Below are positions 36,130-47,467 of a DNA stretch of 64,000 nucleotides, in pieces. Numbering within the stretch: position 1 is the stretch's first letter; the number at the start of each line of letters is the position of its first letter. The stretch comes from Veleropilina oligotropha (taxonomy: Eukaryota). The stretch covers positions 62,001 to 126,000 of the forward strand of contig JBEUKZ010000070.1 in NCBI GenBank assembly GCA_048128005.1, in the 5' to 3' direction. The notes under the pieces were generated by a model. That model was not told where the DNA came from and made no database searches. It was given only the letters and a program-made list of their open reading frames with translations. Both the position numbers and the translations under genes were made by a program.

Positions 36130-38009
36130 GTAATGAATGTTGATAGTACAGGTACCTGATCAAGGAATCATGATAACTGATGGTGGATTGAATCTTAATC
36201 AGGGCTGGACAAATTTAAAAATATGTTACTAGCCCAAGGGTTAGTTGAATTCAACATTTTACTAGCCCGCTCAATGCCACACTAGCCCGACTTTTCCGCA
36301 ATGTTAATAGAGAAAATTAATTTACTTCTCCTTTACACGCAGCTTCAACAGCTTAAAATTAACATTTTATATATATACACATTTGAAAGTTTGTTTATGT
36401 ACACAATGTCATCAAACACATTCAAAAGAATTACCGTATACAATATGTTTTTTTTAATAGCGAGTACGCAGTGCGAGCTTACACATAAATGCGTATATGG
36501 AAAAGACAAAAGAACGAATTACAAAGGCAGATAACTCCACAACATACTATGAATTAAAAATCGATGTATCGATGTGGAAGTAGAATTATGTGTTCCAGTT
36601 ATGCATGCGCAACTCGCTAATCTCGTAACACAGGATCTATACTTATGAGCTATTTGTGTGCATTAGGTATGTTATTTAATTACGTTATTGTTGTCTTTCC
36701 CTGGCTATATCTTTTTGTACATTGATCTTGTGCCAATAAAAAAAAATATTGTATTGTCGTCATTCTTGCCTTGATCGAAAACGCGACCTAACGTCACACG
36801 TTTCAGAAGCATGAGTCAGCGGTATCACGGCAATTCGCCCCCAAACAAATTCGTCCCCTATTAAATATGACAAAAAAGAAGACATCGCAGGGAACGAATT
36901 TCATAATTTGTATTTGTGTATAATCTGTATTCTGCGTTCGTATCTATAGGTGCTACCTTCAACATATTATTTTTTTGCGAATACGGCCTGTAGATTTGTA
37001 AGCGTAATCAAAATTTCATTGCTATATTTCCCTGATATATACGTAATCTGCGTGCTCATCACTAGGTAGCACCTGTAGCATATTAATTTCATTTTTTATA
37101 TCAATCTGCAGGACATTTATAATGTAAAATGATACAAATTTTATTATAAAATAAAATAATTTTAAGTTTGGGTATTTAATACTCTTACTATTTTGTAATT
37201 TTCAATTTTTTTTTACAAGATTTACTATTAAAATGTAATCAAGAGTTATCTCCCTTTGCTTTTATCACAAACAGAATTTGGTGTGTTAATTTTGAAGTTT
37301 TATTATCTTTCATATGCATGTTATAATGTCATTTTCAAATATTTTATGCATTTACAGCAAGAAACTTGCAGTAAATAAAATAACAGCATAAAAAATTTCA
37401 TTAATTAACCACGTGAGCAGCAGGGGGGGTCAGTAGACTTTTTAGAATGGGAAAATAAGGCTCCCAGCACCTTTTCAGAATTAATATGGATCTCAACTCA
37501 GCAGCAGGGGGGGTGATTGGACTTTTTAGAATGGGAAAATACGGCTCCCAGCCCTATTTCAGAACTCAGGGTAGCTCGGACTAGTCAGCAGGGGAGTTTA
37601 GACTAGGGCCCGGGGCCCGCTGTGGAGGCTCCCAGCACCCTTTCAGACCCCAGGGTATAGCGTGTATTACAAAAAGTCACCGTGTGTACACAGCAGGGGT
37701 GGGACTAGGGACGACGTTTGGCAGGAGCCTTGGCAGGGGCCTTGGCAGGAGCCTTGGCAGGAGTCTTGGTAGGAGCCTTGGCAGGAGCCTTGGCAGGAGC
37801 CTTGGCAGGGGCCTTGCGGCGGGAACTTTTCGCGCTGCGCAACATGGGAACGTCTTTCTGCGGCATGTTGATTTCAAGTATAACTACACAGCGTCTAACA
37901 TGCCGATATAGTAGTATGTAGTAAGAGCCCGTAGGGACGGCCCGTTACCCTCGCCGGCCCGGGCTCTTGTGTGTTAGTGTCATAACCTATTTAGAGACTG
38001 GTATATACG

Positions 38010-38309
38010 ATGGTATACGCGATAACTATGTGGGGAAAGAATGTATGCCCTTGGTTGACAGTTAATGCCGCTGGAGTTTGTGGTCGTAGCTGCGTCAACG
38101 AATTTTGCAATGCCCATCGACGGCAAATTCGGATGGGTATAACACCATCCCCGCCATGTAAGAGATGTGGCAAGGGCACGAAATCGGCCGTTCTGGTGTG
38201 TAGACCATGTGGAGGTCGTCGTGCCGCCCAGGCTCTCATAAACACTAAAAACCGAGCTCGCCGTCTCTACGGCGCAGTATTGCGCGGGTTGCTGTCGCGC
38301 ACGACATAA
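38010..38309 (+). CDS. Small Cys-rich, basic (zinc-finger-like) protein, duplicate of 41977-42276
   Basis: Identical translation to 41977-42276. Confidence 0.5.
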   Translation: MVYAITMWGKNVCPWLTVNAAGVCGRSCVNEFCNAHRRQIRMGITPSPPCKRCGKGTKSAVLVCRPCGGRRAAQALINTKNRARRLYGAVLRGLLSRTT

Positions 38310-38350
38310 AAAGTTCCAATTAGAGACTTGTGTTGTAGGGTCATATCGCG

Positions 38351-40627
38351 ATGGAACGTGTCTCCCTCAGAGAACTGCGTGGTTTAGCGAAAGATTATGG
38401 GATTCCCGCTCGGTCGAAGCTCAAGAAGAACGACCTCATCCGGGCAATAGCCGGGGTCCGTGCTGCGGAGTTTCGGAGGAGACTCGAGCGGGCGATGAAA
38501 ACGGGAAGGTTCCCCTCCATACGTGGAGATGTGGAGAACCCCCACAAAAGAGGCCGTCGTGCTCGCGAATTGCGGCAGCTTAAGGACGAGGTCGACGTCG
38601 CCCTGAAGGCTCGTAAATACGAATCCCAGGCTGAGAAAACGCCCGGGATTCGACTGAAGCCACTTCGCGCCATCACGGATCGAATCGTCAAGCGGTCTCG
38701 GAAAGAGACCCTTGCCCATGCTATTGCTCGGAAGGGGCCCGATCTTCTCATCTCCAAAACGCCCCGGACAGCCCAGGACTACCAGAAGGATCTTCTAGGG
38801 CAATTTACCACACCCGAGGGACAACGATTCATCGACCTGGATGACCAGGTCCCTCCCCCAGTAAGGCTCCCAGCAAAAGAGCCATGGGTGGAACTCTTGA
38901 GCGACGCCAAAGACGAGTTTGAGGTCGATGGCGCCGCGGCGGCCTTCTCCACATGGAGGATAGAAGTGGCTGGACAGCTGGCCCTGGATGCCCGTATGAC
39001 AGATGCAAGGGCGGCACAGCTCCTCACAGCCCTTCCAAAGGGCGAGTATGTCCTTAGAATAAAGTTCTTGCGTGAATGGAGTGAGGGCGACTGGGTGGTC
39101 GAAGACAAGTTTGACCCGGTGAAGGCTGCGAGAAAGAAGGGCCAGGGTGTCTTTGAGATCTCTCAGGACACTAAGCCGGGTGCTATCACTGGGGTCGACA
39201 AAGTCTACTACGAGAATGCCTACCCAGTCACTGCAGTCGTCTACGGCGTCTACTATCTCAGAGAACCAAATCCCGCTAATCTGGTTCCGATGAAGAACGG
39301 CGACCTTAACTGCGTTGCCCAGAGAGTGGTTGAGCACTTCGAAGGTGCCCTGAGAGGAAACGGACTAACTCCAATCAGGCGGCAGAAAATACAGGAGTGG
39401 GAAGAGCGAGTCCATGTAACAGGCGCCACTGTGGACGATATATCCATCCTCGAGAGGATCCTCAAACGGGCGATCATCGTGCGAGACATCGCCGGTGCGG
39501 ACATCTACAACAGTGGGAAGTACCGCGGTCAAGGAACCCATACGTTCAGAAACGTAGAACTCATCTGTCACAACGGCCACGCCTGGTCCAAGGACCTGCA
39601 CTTCCCGCAGTCTCGCGAGGTCCACCTGTATGAGGGCGATGTCTGGGAAGCTATCCGACAAGCCACACATAATGAGCCATTGGCTGTCTGGCTCCTAAGC
39701 GGTAAAGACCGACAGCTCAGCGTGAACCAGTTCGTGCTTCAGGATGGCCGCACGTACAGGACAAAAGATGATCACGAGAGACTCCAAGAAGCCTGTACAG
39801 CGCTGGGGAATGAGTCCCTAGCCGATCGAGCCTTTGGCGTGAACCATGCAGCTAGCATTATGGCCAAAGAGACCAACGGCTGGAAACCGACCCCGGCCAG
39901 CCTGCTCGATGATATCCAGAAGGCCTGCGTAGAGCATGGTCACGGCGGCCTTTGGAATTCCATGAATTACGACACGAGAGATATCTGCTGCATCGACATG
40001 AAAGCCTGCTACCCTGCCAGCTTTCAGGGGAAGGGCGAGGCTAAGCCCTATTTCGAAAGATTCGGACACCCACTCCACAGCATGACCCGGGTCGCAATTA
40101 ACGGTCCTCTTCCCGAAGATATCGGCACCGGGTTTGCTGAGGTCGTGGAATGGGAGTTCGCACAAGACACCCACCCCGTCATTCCCGCCTGGTTCGGAAA
40201 GCACTTTGCAGAGAATGGATGGGCCCCGACGCCTCTGCTCACCTACCTCGTAGAATCTGGACTGCTAAAAAGCCTCAAGATCCGAGAGGCCATCATCGCA
40301 TTCAAAAAGCAGACCGATGTCTGGCTTCCGGAGAATCGTGACCAGGGCTGCAGTATTATCGGCAAATTCACCCAAGGCGCCAATGCAGATGGCAAAAGAT
40401 TGACTCGTAGACTGGTGACCGACCAGGGGGAGCTCGACTTCCTCGTAAGAGACACCCGCCAAAGCGGCACCCTGGTTGGCGCTCCTCAGAGATGCCCCCT
40501 CGGTCACATCCTCACGTACTATGATGGCTCGCAGCCACAGTACGCCCACCTACGTCAAGTAGAATTATGTGTTCCAGTTATGCATGCGCAACTCGCTAAT
40601 CTCGTAACACAGGATCTATACTTATGA
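38351..40627 (+). pseudogene. Truncated duplicate of the PolB-helicase fusion gene (lacks motif C, helicase and HNH-like domain)
   Basis: Matches 42318-44518 up to QPQYAHLR, then reads about 24 residues into duplicated flank. Confidence 0.85.
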
Positions 40628-41698
40628 GCTATTTGTGTGCATTAGGTATGTTATTTAATTACGTTATTGTTGTCTTTCCCTGGCTATATCTTTTTGTACA
40701 TTGATCTTGTGCCAATAAAAAAAAATATTGTATTGTCGTCATTCTTGCCTTGATCGAAAACGCGACCTAACGTCACACGTTTCAGAAGCATGAGTCAGCG
40801 GTATCACGGCAATTCGCCCCCAAACAAATTCGTCCCCTATTAAATATGACAAAAAAGAAGACATCGCAGGGAACGAATTTCATAATTTGTATTTGTGTAT
40901 AATCTGTATTCTGCGTTCGTATCTATAGGTGCTACCTTCAACATATTATTTTTTTGCGAATACGGCCTGTAGATTTGTAAGCGTAATCAAAATTTCATTG
41001 CTATATTTCCCTGATATATACGTAATCTGCGTGCTCATCACTAGGTAGCACCTGTAGCATATTAATTTCATTTTTTATATCAATCTGCAGGACATTTATA
41101 ATGTAAAATGATACAAATTTTATTATAAAATAAAATAATTTTAAGTTTGGGTATTTAATACTCTTACTATTTTGTAATTTTCAATTTTTTTTTACAAGAT
41201 TTACTATTAAAATGTAATCAAGAGTTATCTCCCTTTGCTTTTATCACAAACAGAATTTGGTGTGTTAATTTTGAAGTTTTATTATCTTTCATATGCATGT
41301 TATAATGTCATTTTCAAATATTTTATGCATTTACAGCAAGAAACTTGCAGTAAATAAAATAACAGCATAAAAAATTTCATTAATTAACCACGTGAGCAGC
41401 AGGGGGGGTCAGTAGACTTTTTAGAATGGGAAAATAAGGCTCCCAGCACCTTTTCAGAATTAATATGGATCTCAACTCAGCAGCAGGGGGGGTGATTGGA
41501 CTTTTTAGAATGGGAAAATACGGCTCCCAGCCCTATTTCAGAACTCAGGGTAGCTCGGACTAGTCAGCAGGGGAGTTTAGACTAGGGCCCGGGGCCCGCT
41601 GTGGAGGCTCCCAGCACCCTTTCAGACCCCAGGGTATAGCGTGTATTACAAAAAGTCACCGTGTGTACACAGCAGGGGTGGGACTAGGGACGACGTTT

Positions 41699-41782
41699 GG
41701 CAGGAGCCTTGGCAGGGGCCTTGGCAGGAGCCTTGGCAGGAGTCTTGGTAGGAGCCTTGGCAGGAGCCTTGGCAGGGGCCTT
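41699..41782. repeat. 12-bp tandem repeat (ggcaggagcctt) just inside the left TIR; 7 units here, 8 at 37720-37815
   Basis: Directly visible. Confidence 0.9.
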
Positions 41783-41976
41783 GCGGCGGGAACTTTTCGC
41801 GCTGCGCAACATGGGAACGTCTTTCTGCGGCATGTTGATTTCAAGTATAACTACACAGCGTCTAACATGCCGATATAGTAGTATGTAGTAAGAGCCCGTA
41901 GGGACGGCCCGTTACCCTCGCCGGCCCGGGCTCTTGTGTGTTAGTGTCATAACCTATTTAGAGACTGGTATATACG

Positions 41977-42276
41977 ATGGTATACGCGATAACTATGTGG
42001 GGAAAGAATGTATGCCCTTGGTTGACAGTTAATGCCGCTGGAGTTTGTGGTCGTAGCTGCGTCAACGAATTTTGCAATGCCCATCGACGGCAAATTCGGA
42101 TGGGTATAACACCATCCCCGCCATGTAAGAGATGTGGCAAGGGCACGAAATCGGCCGTTCTGGTGTGTAGACCATGTGGAGGTCGTCGTGCCGCCCAGGC
42201 TCTCATAAACACTAAAAACCGAGCTCGCCGTCTCTACGGCGCAGTATTGCGCGGGTTGCTGTCGCGCACGACATAA
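41977..42276 (+). CDS. Small Cys-rich, basic (zinc-finger-like) protein
   Basis: C..CGRSC...FC..H and CKRC...CRPC; immediately upstream of and co-oriented with the replicase. Confidence 0.55.
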   Translation: MVYAITMWGKNVCPWLTVNAAGVCGRSCVNEFCNAHRRQIRMGITPSPPCKRCGKGTKSAVLVCRPCGGRRAAQALINTKNRARRLYGAVLRGLLSRTT

Positions 42277-42317
42277 AAAGTTCCAATTAGAGACTTGTGT
42301 TGTAGGGTCATATCGCG

Positions 42318-45300
42318 ATGGAACGTGTCTCCCTCAGAGAACTGCGTGGTTTAGCGAAAGATTATGGGATTCCCGCTCGGTCGAAGCTCAAGAAGAACGA
42401 CCTCATCCGGGCAATAGCCGGGGTCCGTGCTGCGGAGTTTCGGAGGAGACTCGAGCGGGCGATGAAAACGGGAAGGTTCCCCTCCATACGTGGAGATGTG
42501 GAGAACCCCCAGAAAAGAGGCCGTCGTGCTCGCGAATTGCGGCAGCTTAAGGACGAGGTCGACGTCGCCCTGAAGGCTCGTAAATACGAATCCCAGGCTG
42601 AGAAAACGCCCGGGATTCGACTGAAGCCACTTCGCGCCATCACGGATCGAATCGTCAAGCGGTCTCGGAAAGAGACCCTTGCCCATGCTATTGCTCGGAA
42701 GGGGCCCGATCTTCTCATCTCCAAAACGCCCCGGACAGCCCAGGACTACCAGAAGGATCTTCTAGGGCAATTTACCACACCCAAGGGACAACGATTCATC
42801 GACCTGGATGACCAGGTCCCTCCCCCAGTAAGGCTCCCAGCAAAAGAGCCATGGGTGGAACTCTTGAGCGACGCCAAAGACGAGTTTGAGGTCGATGGCG
42901 CCGCGGCGGCCTTCTCCACATGGAGGATAGAAGTGGCTGGACGGCTGGCCCTGGATGCCCGTATGACAGATGCAAGGGCGGCACAGCTCCTCACAGCCCT
43001 TCCAAAGGGCGAGTATGTCCTTAGAATAAAGTTCTTGCGTGAATGGAGTGAGGGCGACTGGGTGGTCGAAGACAAGTTTGACCCGGTGAAGGCTGCGAGA
43101 AAGAAGGGCCAGGGTGTCTTTGAGATCTCTCAGGACACTAAGCCGGGTGCTATCACTGGGGTCGACAAAGTCTACTACGAGAATGCCTACCCAGTCACTG
43201 CAGTCGTCTACGGCGTCTACTATCTCAGAGAACCAAATCCCGCTAATCTGGTTCCGATGAAGAACGGCGACCTTAACTGCGTTGCCCAGAGAGTGGTTGA
43301 GCACTTCGAAGGTGCCCTGAGAGGAAACGGACTAACTCCAATCAGGCGGCAGAAAATACAGGAGTGGGAAGAGCGAGTCCATGTAACAGGCGCCACTGTG
43401 GACGATATATCCATCCTCGAGAGGATCCTCAAACGGGCGATCATCGTGCGAGACATCGCCGGTGCGGACATCTACAACAGTGGGAAGTACCGCGGTCAAG
43501 GAACCCATACGTTCAGAAACGTAGAACTCATCTGTCACAACGGCCACGCCTGGTCCAAGGACCTGCACTTCCCGCAGTCTCGCGAGGTCCACCTGTATGA
43601 GGGCGATGTCTGGGAAGCTATCCGACAAGCCACACATAATGAGCCATTGGCTGTCTGGCTCCTAAGCGGTAAAGACCGACAGCTCAGCGTGAACCAGTTC
43701 GTGCTTCAGGATGGCCGCACGTACAGGACAAAAGATGATCACGAGAGACTCCAAGAAGCCTGTACAGCGCTGGGGAATGAGTCCCTAGCCGATCGAGCCT
43801 TTGGCGTGAACCATGCAGCTAGCATTATGGCCAAAGAGACCAACGGCTGGAAACCGACCCCGGCCAGCCTGCTCGATGATATCCAGAAGGCCTGCGTAGA
43901 GCATGGTCACGGCGGCCTTTGGAATTCCATGAATTACGACACGAGAGATATCTGCTGCATCGACATGAAAGCCTGCTACCCTGCCAGCTTTCAGGGGAAG
44001 GGCGAGGCTAAGCCCTATTTCGAAAGATTCGGACACCCACTCCACAGCATGACCCGGGTCGCAATTAACGGTCCTCTTCCCGAAGATATCGGCACCGGGT
44101 TTGCTGAGGTCGTGGAATGGGAGTTCGCACAAGACACCCACCCCGTCATTCCCGCCTGGTTCGGAAAGCACTTTGCAGAGAATGGATGGGCCCCGACGCC
44201 TCTGCTCACCTACCTCGTAGAATCTGGACTGCTAAAAAGCCTCAAGATCCGAGAGGCCATCATCGCATTCAAAAAGCAGACCGATGTCTGGCTTCCGGAG
44301 AATCGTGACCAGGGCTGCAGTATTATCGGCAAATTCACCCAAGGCGCCAATGCAGATGGCAAAAGATTGACTCGTAGACTGGTGACCGACCAGGGGGAGC
44401 TCGACTTCCTCGTAAGAGACACCCGCCAAAGCGGCACCCTGGTTGGCGCTCCTCAGAGATGCCCCCTCGGTCACATCCTCACGTACTATGATGGCTCGCA
44501 GCCACAGTACGCCCACCTGAGGGCGTCGATGTTGGCCTATGCCCACATAAACCTCTTGAGCATGCTCCAGCGTTTCAGTGCAGCAGAAGCCGTAGCCACT
44601 GACAGCATCTACCTCAAGAAGGCCTCGTTGGAGAAGCTCGACGATGTCACGGTGTACGTTGCCCCCAAGCTCTGCGACTGTGGTGAGAAATCTTGCATCT
44701 CCTGTCTGATCGGGGAGACGTACCTTCCGCCAGTAGCACCAGCCCAGTGGCGTGACAAGGGCGAACAGCTGTACATGCCACAGGAACATGCCGCATACCT
44801 ACCCAAGCCAGAGTATTGTTGTGCCGCCAATTCCAGCCAGCCAAGCACCGCGCCATGCTACAATGACACGCTGACCCACCATCGCCTGAGTTACCTCAAC
44901 GGTGGAGGGGGCTGTGGCAAGACTACGAGAGCGATCGAGCTCTTCCGGGCAAGAAATCCCGTCGTGTTCACACCAACCCACCGCCTCGCTAAAGAGATGC
45001 GGACCAGAGGCGTCAAAGCCCAGACCTACCACAGTTTCTTCCGATGGAGCGGTCAGAATGACTGGACGCCTGATCGCATGGGTCAGAAGTTCATCCCCCG
45101 CGTCATTATCTGGGACGAGGTCTGTACTGTTCCGCGGCACATCCTCGAGATGTTCTTGGACTGGCTGGGCCGCCACGAAGTGCAGGTTATCTGCTGTGGC
45201 GATCAAGGCCAGCCACCACCGATTACGGGCGAGATGCCGCACGATTGGCTGCGAAGGACCGCGGACTACTATGAGGAGATCGAAGTAGACTACAGGGCGA

Positions 45301-46163
45301 AAGACGACCCTGCCCTCCAAGCCCTGAAAAGACGGATATGTCTCCAGCCCGACAAAGTCCAGTGCGGCGAGATGCGACGGACGCTCCCTAGCTGCCTTGG
45401 ATGGGATCGGTTCGTCAACACCTGGAAGCCAGGCGACCTAATCCTCACCAGCCGTCAGAAGGTCCGCGAACGGGCTCAACAGCTGTTGCTCCAGAGGCAC
45501 AAGGAGCACTTCCCAGACTCCCTGGTACCTATCCTGTACCACCCCAGGGACACCCGTAAGCAAAACATCATGGTAACGATTCCGGGCACCGACGAAAGAG
45601 AAGAGCTAGTTCTGAACGACGTCGTCGAGGTCACCATTGACGCCGCTGAAAGGGCTATCCTGACCCCGGATTGGCGCCTGGGATATGCTCTCACCATCCA
45701 TTCGAGCCAGGGTCTTACGATTCACGACCCACAGAAAGTCTGGATCATCGACGACTACCTTCAGTGGAGCAATCTCGCCTACCTAGCCGTGTCCCGGGTG
45801 GAGCTGCTGAATCAGCTCGAATGGGTAACCTGTCCTCCGGATGAGGGTTCTGAGGACAGGCCGCCGCAGAGCAAGCAGCAGGTTCGAAAGACCATCCAGA
45901 AAAAGCTTGTGGCGTACAAACGCCAGGACCAGGCCAAGGGACTCCCGGGATTTAACCTCAAGGTCGATGACATCCTGCAGCTCAAAGACGCCCAAAACAA
46001 CCGCTGCGCGGCATGCAACATAGAGCTGCTCTGGGCCTACCAGCCCAAAGACACACAGCAGTTCAGTGTCGACCGTGTGGACAACAGCAGGGGCCACATC
46101 CGCGACAACGTGCGCTTAACGTGCCTTGAATGTAACCGAAAAAGAGGGAGCAGCAGCTGTTAA
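42318..46163 (+). CDS. Fusion replicase: Rho_N/HeH-like N-terminus + divergent family-B polymerase core + SF1 (PIF1/RecD-like) helicase + HNH-like Zn domain
   Basis: LRELRGLAKDYGIPARSKLKKNDLIRAI; HGHGG...IDMKACYP (xGG + motif A); IIGKF (motif B remnant); VATDSIY (motif C); GGGGCGKTT, IIWDEV, CGDQGQPPPI, YALTIHSSQGLT, YLAVSR (SF1 motifs I, II, III, V, VI); CAAC...SVDRVDNSRGH..DNV..TCLECN. Confidence 0.85.
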   Translation: MERVSLRELRGLAKDYGIPARSKLKKNDLIRAIAGVRAAEFRRRLERAMKTGRFPSIRGDVENPQKRGRRARELRQLKDEVDVALKARKYESQAEKTPGIRLKPLRAITDRIVKRSRKETLAHAIARKGPDLLISKTPRTAQDYQKDLLGQFTTPKGQRFIDLDDQVPPPVRLPAKEPWVELLSDAKDEFEVDGAAAAFSTWRIEVAGRLALDARMTDARAAQLLTALPKGEYVLRIKFLREWSEGDWVVEDKFDPVKAARKKGQGVFEISQDTKPGAITGVDKVYYENAYPVTAVVYGVYYLREPNPANLVPMKNGDLNCVAQRVVEHFEGALRGNGLTPIRRQKIQEWEERVHVTGATVDDISILERILKRAIIVRDIAGADIYNSGKYRGQGTHTFRNVELICHNGHAWSKDLHFPQSREVHLYEGDVWEAIRQATHNEPLAVWLLSGKDRQLSVNQFVLQDGRTYRTKDDHERLQEACTALGNESLADRAFGVNHAASIMAKETNGWKPTPASLLDDIQKACVEHGHGGLWNSMNYDTRDICCIDMKACYPASFQGKGEAKPYFERFGHPLHSMTRVAINGPLPEDIGTGFAEVVEWEFAQDTHPVIPAWFGKHFAENGWAPTPLLTYLVESGLLKSLKIREAIIAFKKQTDVWLPENRDQGCSIIGKFTQGANADGKRLTRRLVTDQGELDFLVRDTRQSGTLVGAPQRCPLGHILTYYDGSQPQYAHLRASMLAYAHINLLSMLQRFSAAEAVATDSIYLKKASLEKLDDVTVYVAPKLCDCGEKSCISCLIGETYLPPVAPAQWRDKGEQLYMPQEHAAYLPKPEYCCAANSSQPSTAPCYNDTLTHHRLSYLNGGGGCGKTTRAIELFRARNPVVFTPTHRLAKEMRTRGVKAQTYHSFFRWSGQNDWTPDRMGQKFIPRVIIWDEVCTVPRHILEMFLDWLGRHEVQVICCGDQGQPPPITGEMPHDWLRRTADYYEEIEVDYRAKDDPALQALKRRICLQPDKVQCGEMRRTLPSCLGWDRFVNTWKPGDLILTSRQKVRERAQQLLLQRHKEHFPDSLVPILYHPRDTRKQNIMVTIPGTDEREELVLNDVVEVTIDAAERAILTPDWRLGYALTIHSSQGLTIHDPQKVWIIDDYLQWSNLAYLAVSRVELLNQLEWVTCPPDEGSEDRPPQSKQQVRKTIQKKLVAYKRQDQAKGLPGFNLKVDDILQLKDAQNNRCAACNIELLWAYQPKDTQQFSVDRVDNSRGHIRDNVRLTCLECNRKRGSSSC

Positions 46164-47209
46164 CGCCTGAGAACCGGCGGCAGCTGGGTGTCACGAGGCA
46201 CCACGAGAAGTTCCTCTCGAACAAACCCACGCGGTGGTCCATCGAGCAAGTAGTAGAGCACAGGCTCGTCAGGCTTCGTGACAGAGCGTCCAAGCCTGTG
46301 AACCGTCAAAGACCACACCGGGTCAGTAGCGCGGCGGCGACCACCCTCCAACTCACCGGGTTGGTATAGGTATCGAACATCTACGTCAGAGGGGAGTTTC
46401 TGTTCCTTCCCCTGTCGGTCTGGAACAGTGGCGCCTGGCTTTTGGGCAACGCGAGGTGCCTTGATGGCGTCCTTGGGCTTTTTACCGGTCAGCCTGGTCT
46501 CTTCCCCATTCAAGGCCGCAACTACAGCGGGTATCCGGGCGACCCACTCAGTCGACCTTTGACCCTCTTTCGCAGACTCTGCAAACCGCATCTCTTTTGC
46601 GTACTGGTGCCCGAAGAGCCGCTCAGCGAGCGTCCGGTTGAAGCGCTCCACAATGCCTTGATCGCGATGGAGATCCACACGGCCACGCCTAACCTCGACA
46701 TTATTCTTTGCCAGCAGCTGGGAGACCGCGCCCATAAACTCCCGCCCAGGATCAACCTGAAGCAATTTCGGCCAGCTAAGAGGACTCCGCCTGTAGATTC
46801 GCGAAATTGCTTCAGCAACCCCTTTGGCCTCTTTTGTGGCCAGAGGCTCAGCTTCTTTATAGCGACTGGCCACATCAACCACAGTCAGAGCGTATTTGTA
46901 CGTTTTACGACCGACCTTGTCATGTGGGAGAAACAGGAGGTCGGCTTGGTGAACCTCGTTCGGCGTTTCGACGTTGAATTTTGGTCTTGGAATCCGCCGT
47001 GGCGCAGGTAAATAGATCTGCCAGATGGCCTGCTTCTTCAGCCAATCCCGGGCCACGTCTTCAGAGACATCTACTGCGGCCGAGAGATGTTTTATTGCGG
47101 CGATCCCTTTCCAGTAGCCTCGGGGGCTATAGTAGCTATTTGCAAGCTTCCGGTTCATTCCGCGCCCTCGAGTTCTTTTGCCGGTCTTCGCTGCCATCGA
47201 GACTGGCAA
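46160..47209 (-). CDS. Retroviral-like (rve, DDE) integrase of Polinton type; likely start MNRK at about 47158
   Basis: YYSP.GY, HQADL (D), LTVVDVASRY, LQVDPGREF (D), IVERFNRTL (E); C-terminal P.WS...Y.L...F..EEL. Confidence 0.93.
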   Translation of the reverse strand: MPVSMAAKTGKRTRGRGMNRKLANSYYSPRGYWKGIAAIKHLSAAVDVSEDVARDWLKKQAIWQIYLPAPRRIPRPKFNVETPNEVHQADLLFLPHDKVGRKTYKYALTVVDVASRYKEAEPLATKEAKGVAEAISRIYRRSPLSWPKLLQVDPGREFMGAVSQLLAKNNVEVRRGRVDLHRDQGIVERFNRTLAERLFGHQYAKEMRFAESAKEGQRSTEWVARIPAVVAALNGEETRLTGKKPKDAIKAPRVAQKPGATVPDRQGKEQKLPSDVDVRYLYQPGELEGGRRRATDPVWSLTVHRLGRSVTKPDEPVLYYLLDGPPRGFVREELLVVPRDTQLPPVLRR

Positions 47210-47467
47210 TGTATTCCAGTAAACTGATCAGTCTCCAACAGGCTTCAGCTTCCGGAGCCGGTCGCTGCGCAGTCGTCTTCCAAAGGTTGGTCGGGCCCGA
47301 GAGCACCAGGACTGCGAACCGCACCATAGTCTTTTCGTCGCGGCGCCAGCAGTCGAGTGACGTAGTACTATGCGCCACCCCGCTGACCGCAAGCATGGCG
47401 CAGTACAGCTCTTCTGGGAGCCCCATTACTATACATGCCCACGAAAAAAAATGTCCACTGGAAATAA

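Larger units (their letters stand above)
36578..44518. repeat. ~4.0-kb tandem duplication (36578-40551 and 40557-44518) covering flanking DNA, left TIR and the 5' part of the replicase gene
   Basis: Near-identical copies; junction cccacct-acgtc-aagtagaatt. They differ by a few SNPs (H/Q, E/K, Q/R) and one 12-bp repeat unit. Confidence 0.95.

Noticed and set aside
37677..37921. PRLL / GRSL / AGAL repeat peptides (also 41656-41888)
   Set aside because: Translations of the 12-bp tandem repeat.
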